NCBI GenBank assembly: GCA_033764315.1
Contig: JANRJA010000064.1
Location: 1-16,856, forward strand
Length of the DNA: 16,856 nucleotides
Reading direction: 5' to 3'
Source: Oculatellaceae cyanobacterium bins.114
GTDB taxonomy: Bacteria > Cyanobacteriota > Cyanobacteriia > Elainellales > Elainellaceae
Made by a program: the position numbers and the translations under genes. Below the pieces are notes generated by a model that worked only from the letters and a program-made list of their open reading frames with translations, had not been told where the DNA came from and did not search any database. Below, piece after piece: positions 16,659-16,856 of this stretch (the stretch's first letter is position 1; the number at the start of each line of letters is the position of its first letter).

Positions 16659-16856
16659 TCCAGAGATTATGCGGAGATTGACTTATTTTTCTTCACACTT
16701 TAAAACAACTGAAACATAAGAGCCTATCCGAAAACCTGAATTGCCCTTATAGCAATACATGCAAAAGCAAGGTGGATCATCGCTAGATAGTTTTGTGGTT
16801 TCTTCTCCCAACGAATTAATAACCGTCGAAAGCGGTTCATCCATGAGTGTGTTCGT

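Noticed and set aside
16717..16735. TAA-GAGCCTATCCGAAAAC, resembling the terminus of an IS5-like element or MITE
   Set aside because: No partner inverted repeat or transposase is visible within the window, so it cannot be supported here.

Overview
Cyanobacterial DNA: 11 perfect HIP1 GCGATCGC sites, a Uma2-family gene and an FHA-CHAT gene. From left to right: (1) a deletion-damaged IS1-family element ending at 717; (2) a compact minus-strand five-gene operon (4324->767) encoding a stand-alone PatA/PatG-like subtilisin (S8) protease, a stand-alone PatA/PatG C-terminal 'DUF' protein and three Cys-rich proteins that share a gap-free N-terminal leader, M-x-[ILM]-P-x-F-x-[AG]-[EK]-[AT]-S-L-Y-[KQ]-T-x3-Y; (3) a Uma2/DUF820 nuclease gene bracketed by a 16-bp direct repeat; (4) an apparently intact 932-bp IS5-family element; (5) a lone WcaJ/CpsE-type priming sugar transferase; (6) a strong hairpin terminator; (7) a ~2670-aa filamentous-haemagglutinin-like protein with a C-terminal CHAT protease domain. 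The operon in (2) is the main find. It looks like a cyanobactin-protease-related, leader-directed maturation system acting on large Cys-rich proteins rather than short cyanobactin cores. It lacks HIP1 sites, which suggests horizontal acquisition. Family assignments come from motif recognition by eye, with no database searches.
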